Positions 8,529 to 18,167 of a stretch of 64,000 nucleotides of DNA are shown here, piece by piece (the first letter of the stretch is position 1; the number at the start of each line of letters is the position of its first letter). Origin of the DNA: a virus (taxonomy: Duplodnaviria > Caudoviricetes); IMG/VR virus record IMGVR_UViG_3300014656_000001, positions 15,904 to 79,903 of that record. One strand, 5' to 3'. A program made the position numbers and the translations under genes. The notes under the pieces were generated by a model that made no database searches, was not told where the DNA came from, and saw only the letters and a list, made by a program, of their open reading frames with translations.

Positions 8529-11500
8529 TATTTGTCCCTCTTACCTTCTTCAACGGCACGAATCAACTTCTGCCCTTCTCTTCGTAACACTTTCTTTACA
8601 TCTCTGGTCGTATTTTCATTCCCACCATTCACTGTGATATTAGGACTGAAAACAAGAGATGCCTTGCTAGAAGTTTTCAATTTTTCATCTGGATAAATTC
8701 TACCATTAACAGAGGGAACAAACAATTCCTTTCTTCCCCGTTCTCCAACCCACAAAGGCTTTCCAGCTTCTGCATCAGCACCCCAAGCACCACCACCCAT
8801 TCCGGGGTTAATGAAATCAAATACATTCCCTCCCGTACCTCCACCCCCTCCAGCAGCTCCCGCAAGACCAAAAGCAGCTCCAAGCAATGGACGAACAATT
8901 CCCATCTGAATGATCTGAGCGTTGATCTCTTGGATAAACTGCATGAAGTTTACCTTCTGTCCAGTTAAGAATTGAGTGAATGTGCTCTCCAATTGAGATA
9001 TGATGTTCTGCCATGCGTTATATGTGTTCATGGCATATTCTTGAGACATGCGAGAGTACTCAGCCATAGCAACTTGAGCACCTTCCCAAGCAGTGCCAAG
9101 AGAAAGAACCTGATCTTCTTGCATCTGTATGACTTTTAATTCAACTTCTTTCTTTGCCATGTCTTGCCCCATAGTGGATAGTCCACTCCCATACTGGTTC
9201 AAATAATCCATGGACTTTTGACGAAGAAACGCCGGGTCATACATCTCATGAAGCTGGTCTACTTTTGACTGTTCTATCTCAGCAAGTCTCTTAGACTCTT
9301 TTTCTAATTTATCCAACTCTTCTTGTGCTTTATCTCTTTCTTCGTCTCTGGCATTATCGTGTATCTCAGCAAGTTTTCTCAAGTGTGTTTTTTCCTTCAA
9401 CTCTTGAACATCGTTAAATTTATCTGTCATACTATCTATCTGAACTTGAGATAGACCTTCTGTTTTAATTTGCTGTTTGTGTTGATATTCAGCGGCCTGT
9501 TTCTGAGCTTCCCATTCAGTCTCTTGTATTCTGATACGTCTCTCAGCTCCATCATAGTGCATTGCATTCAATTCACCCTCAAGAGTGATTGTATTCTGAA
9601 TCATGGACTGCATATATTGTTCATAAGTGGATGTAGCTTTCTTCAATACACCTTCGTCTACACTTTCTTTTTTTTCGGAAGGTTTTTTGAATGGTTTTGT
9701 CCCTTGCTCAACAAGTTTATTAAACTCATCTTGATTTGTGATGTCACCACTGGTTGCTAGGGCTATATCCAACCATTTTTTCTGCTCTTGAAATCTTTTT
9801 TCACTTTTATCATATTTTTCTAAAGTACCCTGAGGAGCTTTCGATCCCCTTGTCATAACAGATGCACCAGACATTGGATCGTATGTCCATTCTCCCTTTT
9901 CCCATTCCTCTTTCTCACGTCTGATTTTTGCAAATTCAGCAAGTGCTATATCATACCTCTCAAAAGCCACTTGAATTTTCTTTTCTTTGTTTATTAACTT
10001 TTCAGCTTCTGCTAAACTTATAGCTCCTTTTGTCCACTTGTCATAGATAGAACTAATTGTGGGAGCTATTCTTATCATTTCCTCAAACAAGCTATTAACT
10101 TTCTCTTTCTCATGCCATAACAAAGTTTCTTTTTGGGCATAATTACCAAGCTCTCCGCTCAATCTATTTATATGTAATTCCAAATTTGATATTCTTATAT
10201 ATGAGGTATTTATCTCTTCATCAAATGCGTTTATAGGAGTCATTACTTTCCTAAAAGCAACACCCAATCCAACTAAAGCAGCTGCCAATGCTATAACAGC
10301 AGAGACCCCACCCCCTGCCAAACCAACCAACCCAAATCCAGCTGCAGCTATTCCACCAGCCGCCCCTAAAATAACCAAAGATGCCGCCGCACCCTCAATA
10401 GCACGAGCCATTATCTCAAACTTCTTATTGTTTTCATTCAGAACATCGGGTATCTTTCCCCACTCTCGAATCAATCCAGTAGCATACTCTGTGATCGTTC
10501 CAAGAGTCTTCCCTACTTTTTCAGCATATCCCGCCGTTATAAAGTTCTCGAATGATGCTGTAACAGCCCTGATAGCTTCTGCAAACTTATCTCCAAAACT
10601 GGCATCAGAAGCAGCTAGTTTGGTCTGGAAGAGAGCTGTTTGTAGTCTGTTCAACTCAGCCTGTAGATTACGAAGAGCAACGGGAAGTGCAGGTCCAAAT
10701 TCTTCTTTTAATACCTTAGCCATTCTTGGTAGCAATACTTCAGCATACACTTCTCCATTTTCAATTGCTTTATCCAGCTCTTGCATAGTCATGTTCATAG
10801 CTTGAGCGGCGAATCGAAATGCACCTGGCATCTGCTCGCCCCACTGCCGTCTCAACTCTTCAGTAGCCACCCGGCCTTTAGACATCATCTGTTGTACAGC
10901 ATAAATGGAACCTGCAACTTGCTCAGCACCCAATCCCATAGCAGTACCAGCCATGGCAATAGCTTCAAAGATATCCCTCACTCCCTGACCTTCCAACTCA
11001 GTTCCCTTCGCCGCTACTTGCAGTTTTGCCAGCTGGTGAGCGGCTGATTGAAGATCAAGTCCCAGATACTTAGAAGTTTCTGTAATATACTCCATCTCAG
11101 CATTAGCACCTGCCATGCTTTCAGTAGCAACCAGCAATGTAGACTTCATTCTCTGGAGGGCTGTAGTGGCATCTACAATGTTCTTCACAAGCAATCCCAC
11201 AGCAACACCCGCAATGACGTTTCTAAAGTTAACAAACGAAGTCATCACAGCACGTGTATTGGTAGACAGTGCATGAAGGGCACTTCCGGCATTTCTGCTA
11301 AACGACACCACAGATGCTTCTGCTTTTTGAGTAGCATTTCTTATGGTGTCCATTTGCTTTTCAACACTCCCACCAGGGTATATTCCAGCAATTGACGCTC
11401 TAATTCCTTTTGTAGACTCCTGTAGATTAGGTCCAGCCATAGCTGAAAGCATTGTCATTGATCTTTTCATATCAGGACTTATAAAACCTGATGGAAAAAG

Positions 11501-11737
11501 TTGATGCGACATCGAACTTTTTATTGTAGCGATTGTAGCTTTTGCTTTTCTTTCTATTTGTGAAAACTCCTTAGACGCTTTCTGTCTAAGCTTCTCAAAA
11601 CCATTCCCCATATTCTTGATATTGACATTGACATTGATGATAGCCGAATCCATTTGTTTCAGATCGGCTTTGACTGATTGGGTGGCCTTCGTGACAGAAG
11701 CCGTATCCATTTTGATGACGATGTTTTTTACAGCCAT
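8528..11737 (-). CDS. Tail tape measure protein
   Basis: 1069 aa, Ala-rich and helical. Tape-measure motif AVQQMMSKGRVATEELRRQWGEQMPGA and C-terminal GGAWGADAEAGKPLWVGERGRKELFVP. Confidence 0.9.
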   Translation of the reverse strand: MAVKNIVIKMDTASVTKATQSVKADLKQMDSAIINVNVNIKNMGNGFEKLRQKASKEFSQIERKAKATIATIKSSMSHQLFPSGFISPDMKRSMTMLSAMAGPNLQESTKGIRASIAGIYPGGSVEKQMDTIRNATQKAEASVVSFSRNAGSALHALSTNTRAVMTSFVNFRNVIAGVAVGLLVKNIVDATTALQRMKSTLLVATESMAGANAEMEYITETSKYLGLDLQSAAHQLAKLQVAAKGTELEGQGVRDIFEAIAMAGTAMGLGAEQVAGSIYAVQQMMSKGRVATEELRRQWGEQMPGAFRFAAQAMNMTMQELDKAIENGEVYAEVLLPRMAKVLKEEFGPALPVALRNLQAELNRLQTALFQTKLAASDASFGDKFAEAIRAVTASFENFITAGYAEKVGKTLGTITEYATGLIREWGKIPDVLNENNKKFEIMARAIEGAAASLVILGAAGGIAAAGFGLVGLAGGGVSAVIALAAALVGLGVAFRKVMTPINAFDEEINTSYIRISNLELHINRLSGELGNYAQKETLLWHEKEKVNSLFEEMIRIAPTISSIYDKWTKGAISLAEAEKLINKEKKIQVAFERYDIALAEFAKIRREKEEWEKGEWTYDPMSGASVMTRGSKAPQGTLEKYDKSEKRFQEQKKWLDIALATSGDITNQDEFNKLVEQGTKPFKKPSEKKESVDEGVLKKATSTYEQYMQSMIQNTITLEGELNAMHYDGAERRIRIQETEWEAQKQAAEYQHKQQIKTEGLSQVQIDSMTDKFNDVQELKEKTHLRKLAEIHDNARDEERDKAQEELDKLEKESKRLAEIEQSKVDQLHEMYDPAFLRQKSMDYLNQYGSGLSTMGQDMAKKEVELKVIQMQEDQVLSLGTAWEGAQVAMAEYSRMSQEYAMNTYNAWQNIISQLESTFTQFLTGQKVNFMQFIQEINAQIIQMGIVRPLLGAAFGLAGAAGGGGGTGGNVFDFINPGMGGGAWGADAEAGKPLWVGERGRKELFVPSVNGRIYPDEKLKTSSKASLVFSPNITVNGGNENTTRDVKKVLRREGQKLIRAVEEGKRDK

Positions 11738-11738
11738 G

Positions 11739-12032
11739 TCACTTCTCCTTGTCTATAATCTCTCTATATTCAATGTCAAGTTGCAGAATGACTCTTATAA
11801 AAAACTCACGAAACCATCCCAATAAGTTATATTCATCAGCATATTTGACACATGCACTCCATGGGATCATTCCCATAGCCATACCTATACTGCGTTCAGT
11901 ACTCAGAATATAAAATGCTTCCAAATAAAACTCCAATGATGTGTCAACCATTGGAGCCTCAGATATAGACTTTGGGATGGGATCGCCCCTTTTAATGCAA
12001 ACGTCAATAATCTTCTGTTCGTCAGCTCCCAC
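11739..12032 (-). CDS. Tail assembly chaperone, downstream (gpT-like) frame
   Basis: Lies between the chaperone and tape measure genes. The open frame extends back to the slippery site in the -1 frame, and it contains an LSTERSIGMAMGMIPWS motif. Confidence 0.75.
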   Translation of the reverse strand: MGADEQKIIDVCIKRGDPIPKSISEAPMVDTSLEFYLEAFYILSTERSIGMAMGMIPWSACVKYADEYNLLGWFREFFIRVILQLDIEYREIIDKEK

Positions 12033-12058
12033 CCCTCGGCCTTTATATCTGAGGAACG

Positions 12059-12478
12059 CTATGAGTTTTTTACTGCTTCATCCACTTGCATCTTGAAGTT
12101 TCCAAACTTATCCACTTCAAGAACGAACACTTCATATACTTCTGGCAACGCTTTGAAGAAATCCACCACATTCTCTTTCGTGCAGGGTACAGGCTTTCCA
12201 TCGTCACCCGTTACGCCCTGCCAGTCCAAGACAACAGTGGAGGCGTAAATCTCCATCATGATTTCACGTTGTTGATCCAAGGGGAGTGAATCAAAATGAA
12301 TACGTCCTCTGAACTGTTGAAGGCGTTTGGTTAGGGCAGATGAGAATTTTGTATTACTCCCACCCGCCCTAGCTGCTTTGATTTTGAAAATCTGAAAATC
12401 AATCCAAACACCTTCTTTTTCCAACGCTTCATCCCTGCCAAACTGCTCAAGCAACTTCTTGTTAAACTTTACTGACAT
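12059..12478 (-). CDS. Tail assembly chaperone (gpG-like)
   Basis: EKEGVWIDF...KAARAGGSNTKF...VLDWQGV motifs. ATG at 12478 follows SD AGGAGAAGAG, between the tail tube and tape measure genes. Confidence 0.8.
   Translation of the reverse strand: MSVKFNKKLLEQFGRDEALEKEGVWIDFQIFKIKAARAGGSNTKFSSALTKRLQQFRGRIHFDSLPLDQQREIMMEIYASTVVLDWQGVTGDDGKPVPCTKENVVDFFKALPEVYEVFVLEVDKFGNFKMQVDEAVKNS
12065..12071 (-). promoter_or_regulatory. Programmed -1 frameshift slippery site A-AAA-AAC
   Basis: The minus strand reads GTA AAA AAC TCA TAG. A -1 slip gives AAA CTC ATA GCG TTC CTC AGA TAT AAA GGC CGA GGG GTG GGA GCT..., which is in frame with 11739..12032. Confidence 0.8.
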
Positions 12479-12522
12479 TGCTCTTCTCCTTTGTTCATAA
12501 AGTAATAATCCAGCCACTAACA

Positions 12523-14016
12523 TTATGGAACGTAGTGGAACTGTTGAATCTTGATCGTGTAACCCATCGTACTGTTGTACGTGGCAATAAATGGCAGATC
12601 GACTGTGACATCGGCATCAGGTCCCGAAACATCTGGGGCACCACCTGTAAGTTTCAGTGTTGGGATGTCAATCAAGAACATCTGATTGTCATCATCTTCA
12701 AAACGAACTGTATACCCAAGTTCTGTATCGGCAAAAGCGTAAGCAACAAAGGTACTGCTTCCAAAATAAGTATGGAGATTCCCTGTGACATCACACTTTC
12801 CAGAACCAATTCCAATAACACCCAACGTACCAACAGCCGTTTGTCTACGCAAGTTGTTAGAGACACTAATGGAAGATGAAAGCACATAGTTTGGAGTTCC
12901 AACCTCAGTAAGAGTGCTGCTTACGTTGTAAGACAGGCTTCCCACATCAGAAGACGTACTGAAAATATCATCAGTAACAGCTGCTGTTTGTGATTGAGAG
13001 GTTTCACCAGTATTATCAACTTTGGCAGTTGCTCCCATAAAAGAGAAAGAGCCTTTAACAATATCAGCAGAAGGTATATCAAAACTCAATGTACTGATAC
13101 GGCACCCAGAATAAGCTGCATACGTATCCACTCCCGTACCTGCAACGTGGTCATCAAACTCCTGCTGTACTGTATACGATTTGGATGTAGTACCGTTTGC
13201 AATAGAATCGCCCAAGAAAACACGAATAGTTTTGTCAGCCCCTACATCAGTTGAAGCCAGTGTACCTTCAACAATATCAAAAGTCAAAGCGTTTGCCGAT
13301 ATAGCAGAAACACGACACCACCCATTACAAGCTGCTGTAGCGAACGCATACCCAGTACCCCCACCAACATACACCCAATCACCAACATCTATATCAAATG
13401 TTGTGAAGTCCAGCAATGTAGAACCAAGTCCTGTTGCTGTTGCAGTAATATCACTCGAGGCTCCCTGAAATCCCACATTACGAATGCGGGCACCTGTAGG
13501 AGGCGTTTCATCTGCCAAACTGGCATCAATTGTGATTGTTGTTCCATCTGCCGCTTCAATATAAAACAAACCACCCCCGCCATCCCCCGTAGCTGAATTG
13601 TTCTCTGAATTGGTAAATCCAGTAGTCAACACAAGCCCATAGATAACAAACCCATGTGATGCTCCACATGTGATAATATCACCATCCGCTACAATACCAC
13701 TTATGGGAGTTCCAGACCCAGTATTCACAAGTGTGTTTTGTACAGTCCAATCATTCTGTAAAGCACCTTCAATCGGGATATCCATATAAGAAAATCCCAA
13801 TTCAAAGTTCACATCCCCATTTACTTCACGATCAACATGAATGGCTTGTTGTACATTTCTATCAGTGCGTATGACCTGGCTTGTTACGTGTCTGTTTTCA
13901 GCCCCAAGCCGGGGGGAGCCTGTGTAATTCAAAAGCTGAAAAGCGGGAGAGCCGGGAATCGTATCGAATGTTGTTTCTTCAATAATCCCCAGTTTTACTT
14001 GATTGGTGTCAGACAT
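12523..14016 (-). CDS. Major tail tube protein (Phage_tube_2-like) with inserted beta-rich domains
   Basis: N-terminal QVKLGIIEETTFDTIP...SQVIRTDRNV...GDVNFELGFS and C-terminal VGTLGVIGIGSG...VTGNLHTYF. 497 aa. Confidence 0.85.
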   Translation of the reverse strand: MSDTNQVKLGIIEETTFDTIPGSPAFQLLNYTGSPRLGAENRHVTSQVIRTDRNVQQAIHVDREVNGDVNFELGFSYMDIPIEGALQNDWTVQNTLVNTGSGTPISGIVADGDIITCGASHGFVIYGLVLTTGFTNSENNSATGDGGGGLFYIEAADGTTITIDASLADETPPTGARIRNVGFQGASSDITATATGLGSTLLDFTTFDIDVGDWVYVGGGTGYAFATAACNGWCRVSAISANALTFDIVEGTLASTDVGADKTIRVFLGDSIANGTTSKSYTVQQEFDDHVAGTGVDTYAAYSGCRISTLSFDIPSADIVKGSFSFMGATAKVDNTGETSQSQTAAVTDDIFSTSSDVGSLSYNVSSTLTEVGTPNYVLSSSISVSNNLRRQTAVGTLGVIGIGSGKCDVTGNLHTYFGSSTFVAYAFADTELGYTVRFEDDDNQMFLIDIPTLKLTGGAPDVSGPDADVTVDLPFIATYNSTMGYTIKIQQFHYVP

Positions 14017-14036
14017 AATAATGTCCTCCTCTGTAT

Positions 14037-14453
14037 CTATTTATTTTCATCAAATTCGAAATATAAAACGGCATCTTGTTCATACCATTTACCTTCGGCA
14101 TCTTCTCCAACAGTTTCTATTCTCCCCTCTCTGAATCTCACACCACTAAAATCTTTCCCATCAAATATATTCAGAGCCGTTGTTGCTAATGTATCACTAG
14201 CCGAAGTCGCTGTATTTGCCATTGTATATACTTCAATAGTGAGAAATCCCCATCTTCTAAATCTTCTATTATCAGTAGACCCCAATGATATCTGTCCCCC
14301 ACCAACAAACTTTATTGAAAACTTCGCCCACGAAGTCACGCCCGTTGGTGGAGTGTAGGCGGCGTTATCATAAGATACTGGATAAACAGACTCATTCCAT
14401 CCAGCAGAGAACGCCGCCATCATAGCTATGCGAGCTTGGTTTGGTGTGGGCAT
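14037..14453 (-). CDS. Tail terminator protein (DUF4128-like)
   Basis: VSYDNAAYTPP...RRWGFLTIEVYT...F.FDE. Located immediately upstream of the tail tube gene. Confidence 0.7.
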   Translation of the reverse strand: MPTPNQARIAMMAAFSAGWNESVYPVSYDNAAYTPPTGVTSWAKFSIKFVGGGQISLGSTDNRRFRRWGFLTIEVYTMANTATSASDTLATTALNIFDGKDFSGVRFREGRIETVGEDAEGKWYEQDAVLYFEFDENK

Positions 14454-14932
14454 TACTTCTTTCTCCTTCTCTTCTTATACGTACTGGGTGTTACTTGTGA
14501 TCGAAACCCGCCAATACTCTTTGCTGTGAGAGGAGCTGTAATAACGCCCTTGCTTGCCAACGCATTCTTAATAGCACTGTCCACAAAATATCTGTACCTC
14601 TTATGCTTCATATTGATATAGTTTATGTAAGGTACATTGTTACAAATAAAGATCGGCCCTTTTGTCCACTTTGCGAGAGACGCTATACCCGCATTGGATT
14701 TGTTTATATTGAGTTTATTTGGATGTTTCTTTCCATACGTGCGAAGAACAGGCTTCCCTATCGATGGTATCCAGTTGGAAGAAGCCCACCCCGTATCTAT
14801 TGGAGTTCCCCCCATTTGGGGGTTATCTCTCAATCGGCTGACAATATCAATACCAAGACCGATAACCTCTTTCTGAGCGAAATTGGTTATGTCCAACAAA
14901 ATCTCTCTGGACTGATCTTCGTTGCTTTTCAT
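14453..14932 (-). CDS. Tail completion/neck protein (HK97 gp10-like)
   Basis: TPIDTGWASSNW and ICNNVPYINYIN motifs, plus synteny. Confidence 0.75.
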   Translation of the reverse strand: MKSNEDQSREILLDITNFAQKEVIGLGIDIVSRLRDNPQMGGTPIDTGWASSNWIPSIGKPVLRTYGKKHPNKLNINKSNAGIASLAKWTKGPIFICNNVPYINYINMKHKRYRYFVDSAIKNALASKGVITAPLTAKSIGGFRSQVTPSTYKKRRRKK

Positions 14933-15330
14933 TACATTCTCACTTGTAACATGGAAAACACGATGGAGCCTAACACTTCACTGCTTTCCACATTTATGAT
15001 CTTCCACGTTCCAGCACTATCAACAAACTTATCATCCACAGTGGGAACGAAGTTTGATACGGGATCACTATCACCATCCAAAACAGACCCCAATGAAACT
15101 GCAACCATTTTGTCGCCCTGTCTCACCACAGTACCGTCAATCATATCAGCCGTATAATCAATAACAGCCACAGTTGCTGTGTAACTGGCTGAAGTAGGTA
15201 TTTTCCCTTTTGAATGGTCGTTAGCATCTACCCAAGTACCTTCTGTAACCCTGGTGATAGTTGCTGTCTTACCAACTTCAGTAAGAGCGTCTGTGACTCC
15301 AGCTAATATATCGTCAGTCAGAGCCATCAT
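14932..15330 (-). CDS. Head closure/stopper protein
   Basis: GKTATITR...IDGTVVRQGDKMV motif, in the neck-gene position. Confidence 0.7.
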   Translation of the reverse strand: MMALTDDILAGVTDALTEVGKTATITRVTEGTWVDANDHSKGKIPTSASYTATVAVIDYTADMIDGTVVRQGDKMVAVSLGSVLDGDSDPVSNFVPTVDDKFVDSAGTWKIINVESSEVLGSIVFSMLQVRM

Positions 15331-15764
15331 TCACTCTCCAGTTCAGCATCTCTGTCTGCTTTGTATGTTGAAGGCGGGTTATCAAACATACCGAATTTGA
15401 ATTTATTGGGTGGACGGTCTGTATCTGAGTCTGTCGATTCCATATCACTCAGTGAGACACCTGTCAGTTCAGCACCTGCTACCACTGAATCAGACCCACC
15501 TCCACCCTGTGCCCTAAAATCGTAAACGTCCGCCAGTGCTTTATAATGTTCGAATTTATGTTGCAGACTGATACGAATAGGCCCAACAGCAAGACTTACT
15601 TTCGTACTGAATGTAGCTGCAATGGCGCGGCAAGCCGTCGCCGCCGCTCTGTATTCATTTGTCTCCAGAGCTATGATCGCCGTATAATTAGCAGATGATA
15701 ATATCTGGTCATCTCCTGCTGGATCACCCACTAGCAATCTAGTTGTTGCTTCTGTAGCTGCCAT
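15327..15764 (-). CDS. Head-tail adaptor protein
   Basis: TRLLVGD...QILSSA...AAATACRAIAATFS...VGPIRISL pattern, plus synteny. Confidence 0.65.
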   Translation of the reverse strand: MAATEATTRLLVGDPAGDDQILSSANYTAIIALETNEYRAAATACRAIAATFSTKVSLAVGPIRISLQHKFEHYKALADVYDFRAQGGGGSDSVVAGAELTGVSLSDMESTDSDTDRPPNKFKFGMFDNPPSTYKADRDAELESE

Positions 15765-15777
15765 AATAACCTCTCAG

Positions 15778-16068
15778 TTATTTGCCCCGCCGCGAACTTT
15801 TCTTTTTGGTGGTTTTCTTTTCCACTTTAACATCTTCAACAACGGGAACATCTTCAACAGGCTTTGGCTTTGCCCCCGTAACTTTCGATATGGGTTGCAT
15901 CGATAGCATTCTTTGATCGAACAGTAATTTCACCCGATTCCAGTCAGCATCAATCTTCTCATAATCGAAAAGGTCACCTGTTTTGTAGACTTTCCCAAGA
16001 AACTGGAAACCCACACGGCAGACCAGTACCATCCCTCTTTCCAATACTTCAGTAGCCAACATGCTCAT
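15778..16068 (-). CDS. Small hypothetical protein in the head module
   Basis: 96 aa ORF with SD AAAGGAG and a Lys-rich C-terminus. Confidence 0.6.
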   Translation of the reverse strand: MSMLATEVLERGMVLVCRVGFQFLGKVYKTGDLFDYEKIDADWNRVKLLFDQRMLSMQPISKVTGAKPKPVEDVPVVEDVKVEKKTTKKKSSRRGK

Positions 16069-16151
16069 TTCTCCTTTATCTAATAGCTGCTCTTCAGATT
16101 TAGCCCACTACGGCTAAATGAACAGGGAGAAATTAATCCCCCTGTTTTCGC

Positions 16152-16685
16152 TTACTTCATACTAAGTTCGATTTCCACGTCGGATGCTTCTGCAATACCA
16201 CGCGCATGGACAGTGATGAACGAAAGCCCGTCTACATCGATAGGCCCGTATAGACCCAAACGATCAGGAATTTCTCTGGAAACACACTCACGCGCAGCTG
16301 CTGTTGTAGCAGACGAAACATCGTCAAAATAGGGAATCCAAGTTGAAGCATAGGCCACTGTAGCTGTTGAGGAAAGACCTGGTTTACCTTCAATCCAAAT
16401 AGGACGCGTCACAGCCCCTACATGAACTGGAGAACCAATGTTGTTTGTTTCAATATAAACATTAAGCCACACCTTACTCTTCCCAACAACACTAATGACG
16501 GCTGAATCCATCGTTGTGGAAGCAGCTAGCACAGTCCAAGCCATCGTTGTTACTTCTCCAGCCGTCGCGTAACTCCCAGTATTGATGTTGTCAGTTGCCT
16601 GAGTATCAGTCATGAAAGTCAGTACTAAAAGAAAAGCCACAACAGGTGCCCAGAAGAGAAAGTTGATTTTACGTAAAGTACCCAT
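16152..16685 (-). CDS. Hypothetical beta-rich protein with a signal-peptide-like N-terminus
   Basis: MGTLRKINFLFWAPVVAFLLVLTFMTDTQA-TDN, strong SD AAAGGAGG, directly after the major capsid gene. Confidence 0.7.
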   Translation of the reverse strand: MGTLRKINFLFWAPVVAFLLVLTFMTDTQATDNINTGSYATAGEVTTMAWTVLAASTTMDSAVISVVGKSKVWLNVYIETNNIGSPVHVGAVTRPIWIEGKPGLSSTATVAYASTWIPYFDDVSSATTAAARECVSREIPDRLGLYGPIDVDGLSFITVHARGIAEASDVEIELSMK

Positions 16686-16705
16686 TTTAATCCTCCTTTC
16701 TCACC

Positions 16706-17746
16706 TTATGTAAGGGATGTAGCTGACATGTCAGCTACTTCGTTAAAGAAGTATCCCAAATCGGCACAAATTACGTCTTGTGTCCATGCCGATTCGATTT
16801 CATGGCGGTCGCTCTTGATGTTTTCCATACGGAACGTGCTGGTACGGGAACCATTAACACCAGCACCCGTGTACCCATTCCATTCGAAAGTAACACCAGC
16901 TGTGGGTTCGAGAATAAGACTGCCAGGATTCGAATAGCACAGAAGAGCATGTTTGCCAGCGATAAACGAGTGTGAAGCCGTCTGACCCTCATTGGCAGTG
17001 TTCTTGATTGCATCAGCAACCAAAATTTGATCCACATTAAAGAGAGCCGCCAGATCACTGTTATCGGCTTGTGCAGGTCCACCTGGGGTCTGGCCGTATT
17101 TCAAACGATCAATAACTTCAGGGTGAAGACGAAGGGCATCATGCACTTCAGCACCAACCACCAGAATGTTAGGAGCGTATCCCGTCAATTCTTTAACAGT
17201 GCGCTTTGCATTGAGTATGTCTTTGATGGGAGTACTGGCGGCATCATTCCATTTTACTGAAACGTCTTTGTCAGTCGTCCAAACACTGGTAGTGAAGAAA
17301 GTTTCCATCCAATCGATTTCACGGCGAAGAAGATCAACCATCGCTAAAAATCGGGCAATGGATTGTTCGTTACGAAATTCGACATCGTAGTTTGCCAATA
17401 CCTGGTCGTCCATATCAACGTGGAACGCATACACTTCAGCAAAGTACAAAGTCTGTGTGGGGGCAATCCCACCACCCGCTGATTCAGTTGCAGGTGCTCG
17501 TTTTTTCATCAAATCGAGATTGAACTGACCTGCATCCCATTTGGGGTAGTAGTTTGCTTGCTTGTCTACGGGAACTCCTGGAAAGACTTTGTTAGCTACA
17601 AAACCCTCCAGGCTTTGAAAATTGGCAATCACCAAATTAGTCATCAGCCGATTGATATGGACATCGGAAGGAGTTGGTGTTGCGCGTTTGACGGGAGCAA
17701 GGGCTTTCGCTAAAGCTGCTTGCATGATTTGTGAATTGTTACCCAT
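16706..17746 (-). CDS. Major capsid protein (HK97 fold, lambda gpE-like family)
   Basis: 346 aa. VANKVFPGVPVDKQ, LLRREIDWM, PIKDILNAKRTVKELTGYAPNILVVG and ICADLGYFF motifs. Confidence 0.85.
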   Translation of the reverse strand: MGNNSQIMQAALAKALAPVKRATPTPSDVHINRLMTNLVIANFQSLEGFVANKVFPGVPVDKQANYYPKWDAGQFNLDLMKKRAPATESAGGGIAPTQTLYFAEVYAFHVDMDDQVLANYDVEFRNEQSIARFLAMVDLLRREIDWMETFFTTSVWTTDKDVSVKWNDAASTPIKDILNAKRTVKELTGYAPNILVVGAEVHDALRLHPEVIDRLKYGQTPGGPAQADNSDLAALFNVDQILVADAIKNTANEGQTASHSFIAGKHALLCYSNPGSLILEPTAGVTFEWNGYTGAGVNGSRTSTFRMENIKSDRHEIESAWTQDVICADLGYFFNEVADMSATSLT

Positions 17747-17765
17747 TTTTCAAATCCTCCTTTCA

Positions 17766-18137
17766 TTATGCCGCTATATCGCGGGGCTGAACAAGAACAG
17801 CAATGATGTCACCATCAGCAGCTGCGGCTTCCAATGCTCTGCCAAATATCCAATCACCCGAACCTACTGTTTCTGCTTTACCAGCCGCTCCTGTGGTAAT
17901 CTGAGCACCTTTCGCAATTACAGCTCCTGCAATTACTTTAGCCACACCACCAATAATGCAACGCTCGGCTCTGCCTAAAGCGGCAGCTTTTCCATACAGA
18001 ACACAATCAGCCTGTTCTCCTTGTGAACTGCATACGTTCACACCAGTAGAGGTGATCTTTCCCAGGTAGTATTGCTTAGCTGATAAATCAGCAGCTGCTT
18101 CTACCGTAATAGGTACTAAAGACTCTTCCCAAGCCAT
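17766..18137 (-). CDS. Capsid decoration/cement protein (DUF2190-like)
   Basis: EAAADLSAKQYY...GGVAKVIAGAVIAKGAQITTGAAGKA...GRALEAAAADGDIIAV. Confidence 0.75.
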   Translation of the reverse strand: MAWEESLVPITVEAAADLSAKQYYLGKITSTGVNVCSSQGEQADCVLYGKAAALGRAERCIIGGVAKVIAGAVIAKGAQITTGAAGKAETVGSGDWIFGRALEAAAADGDIIAVLVQPRDIAA

Positions 18138-18167
18138 GGTAATTCTCCTTTCTTTCTTTTTTTATAA

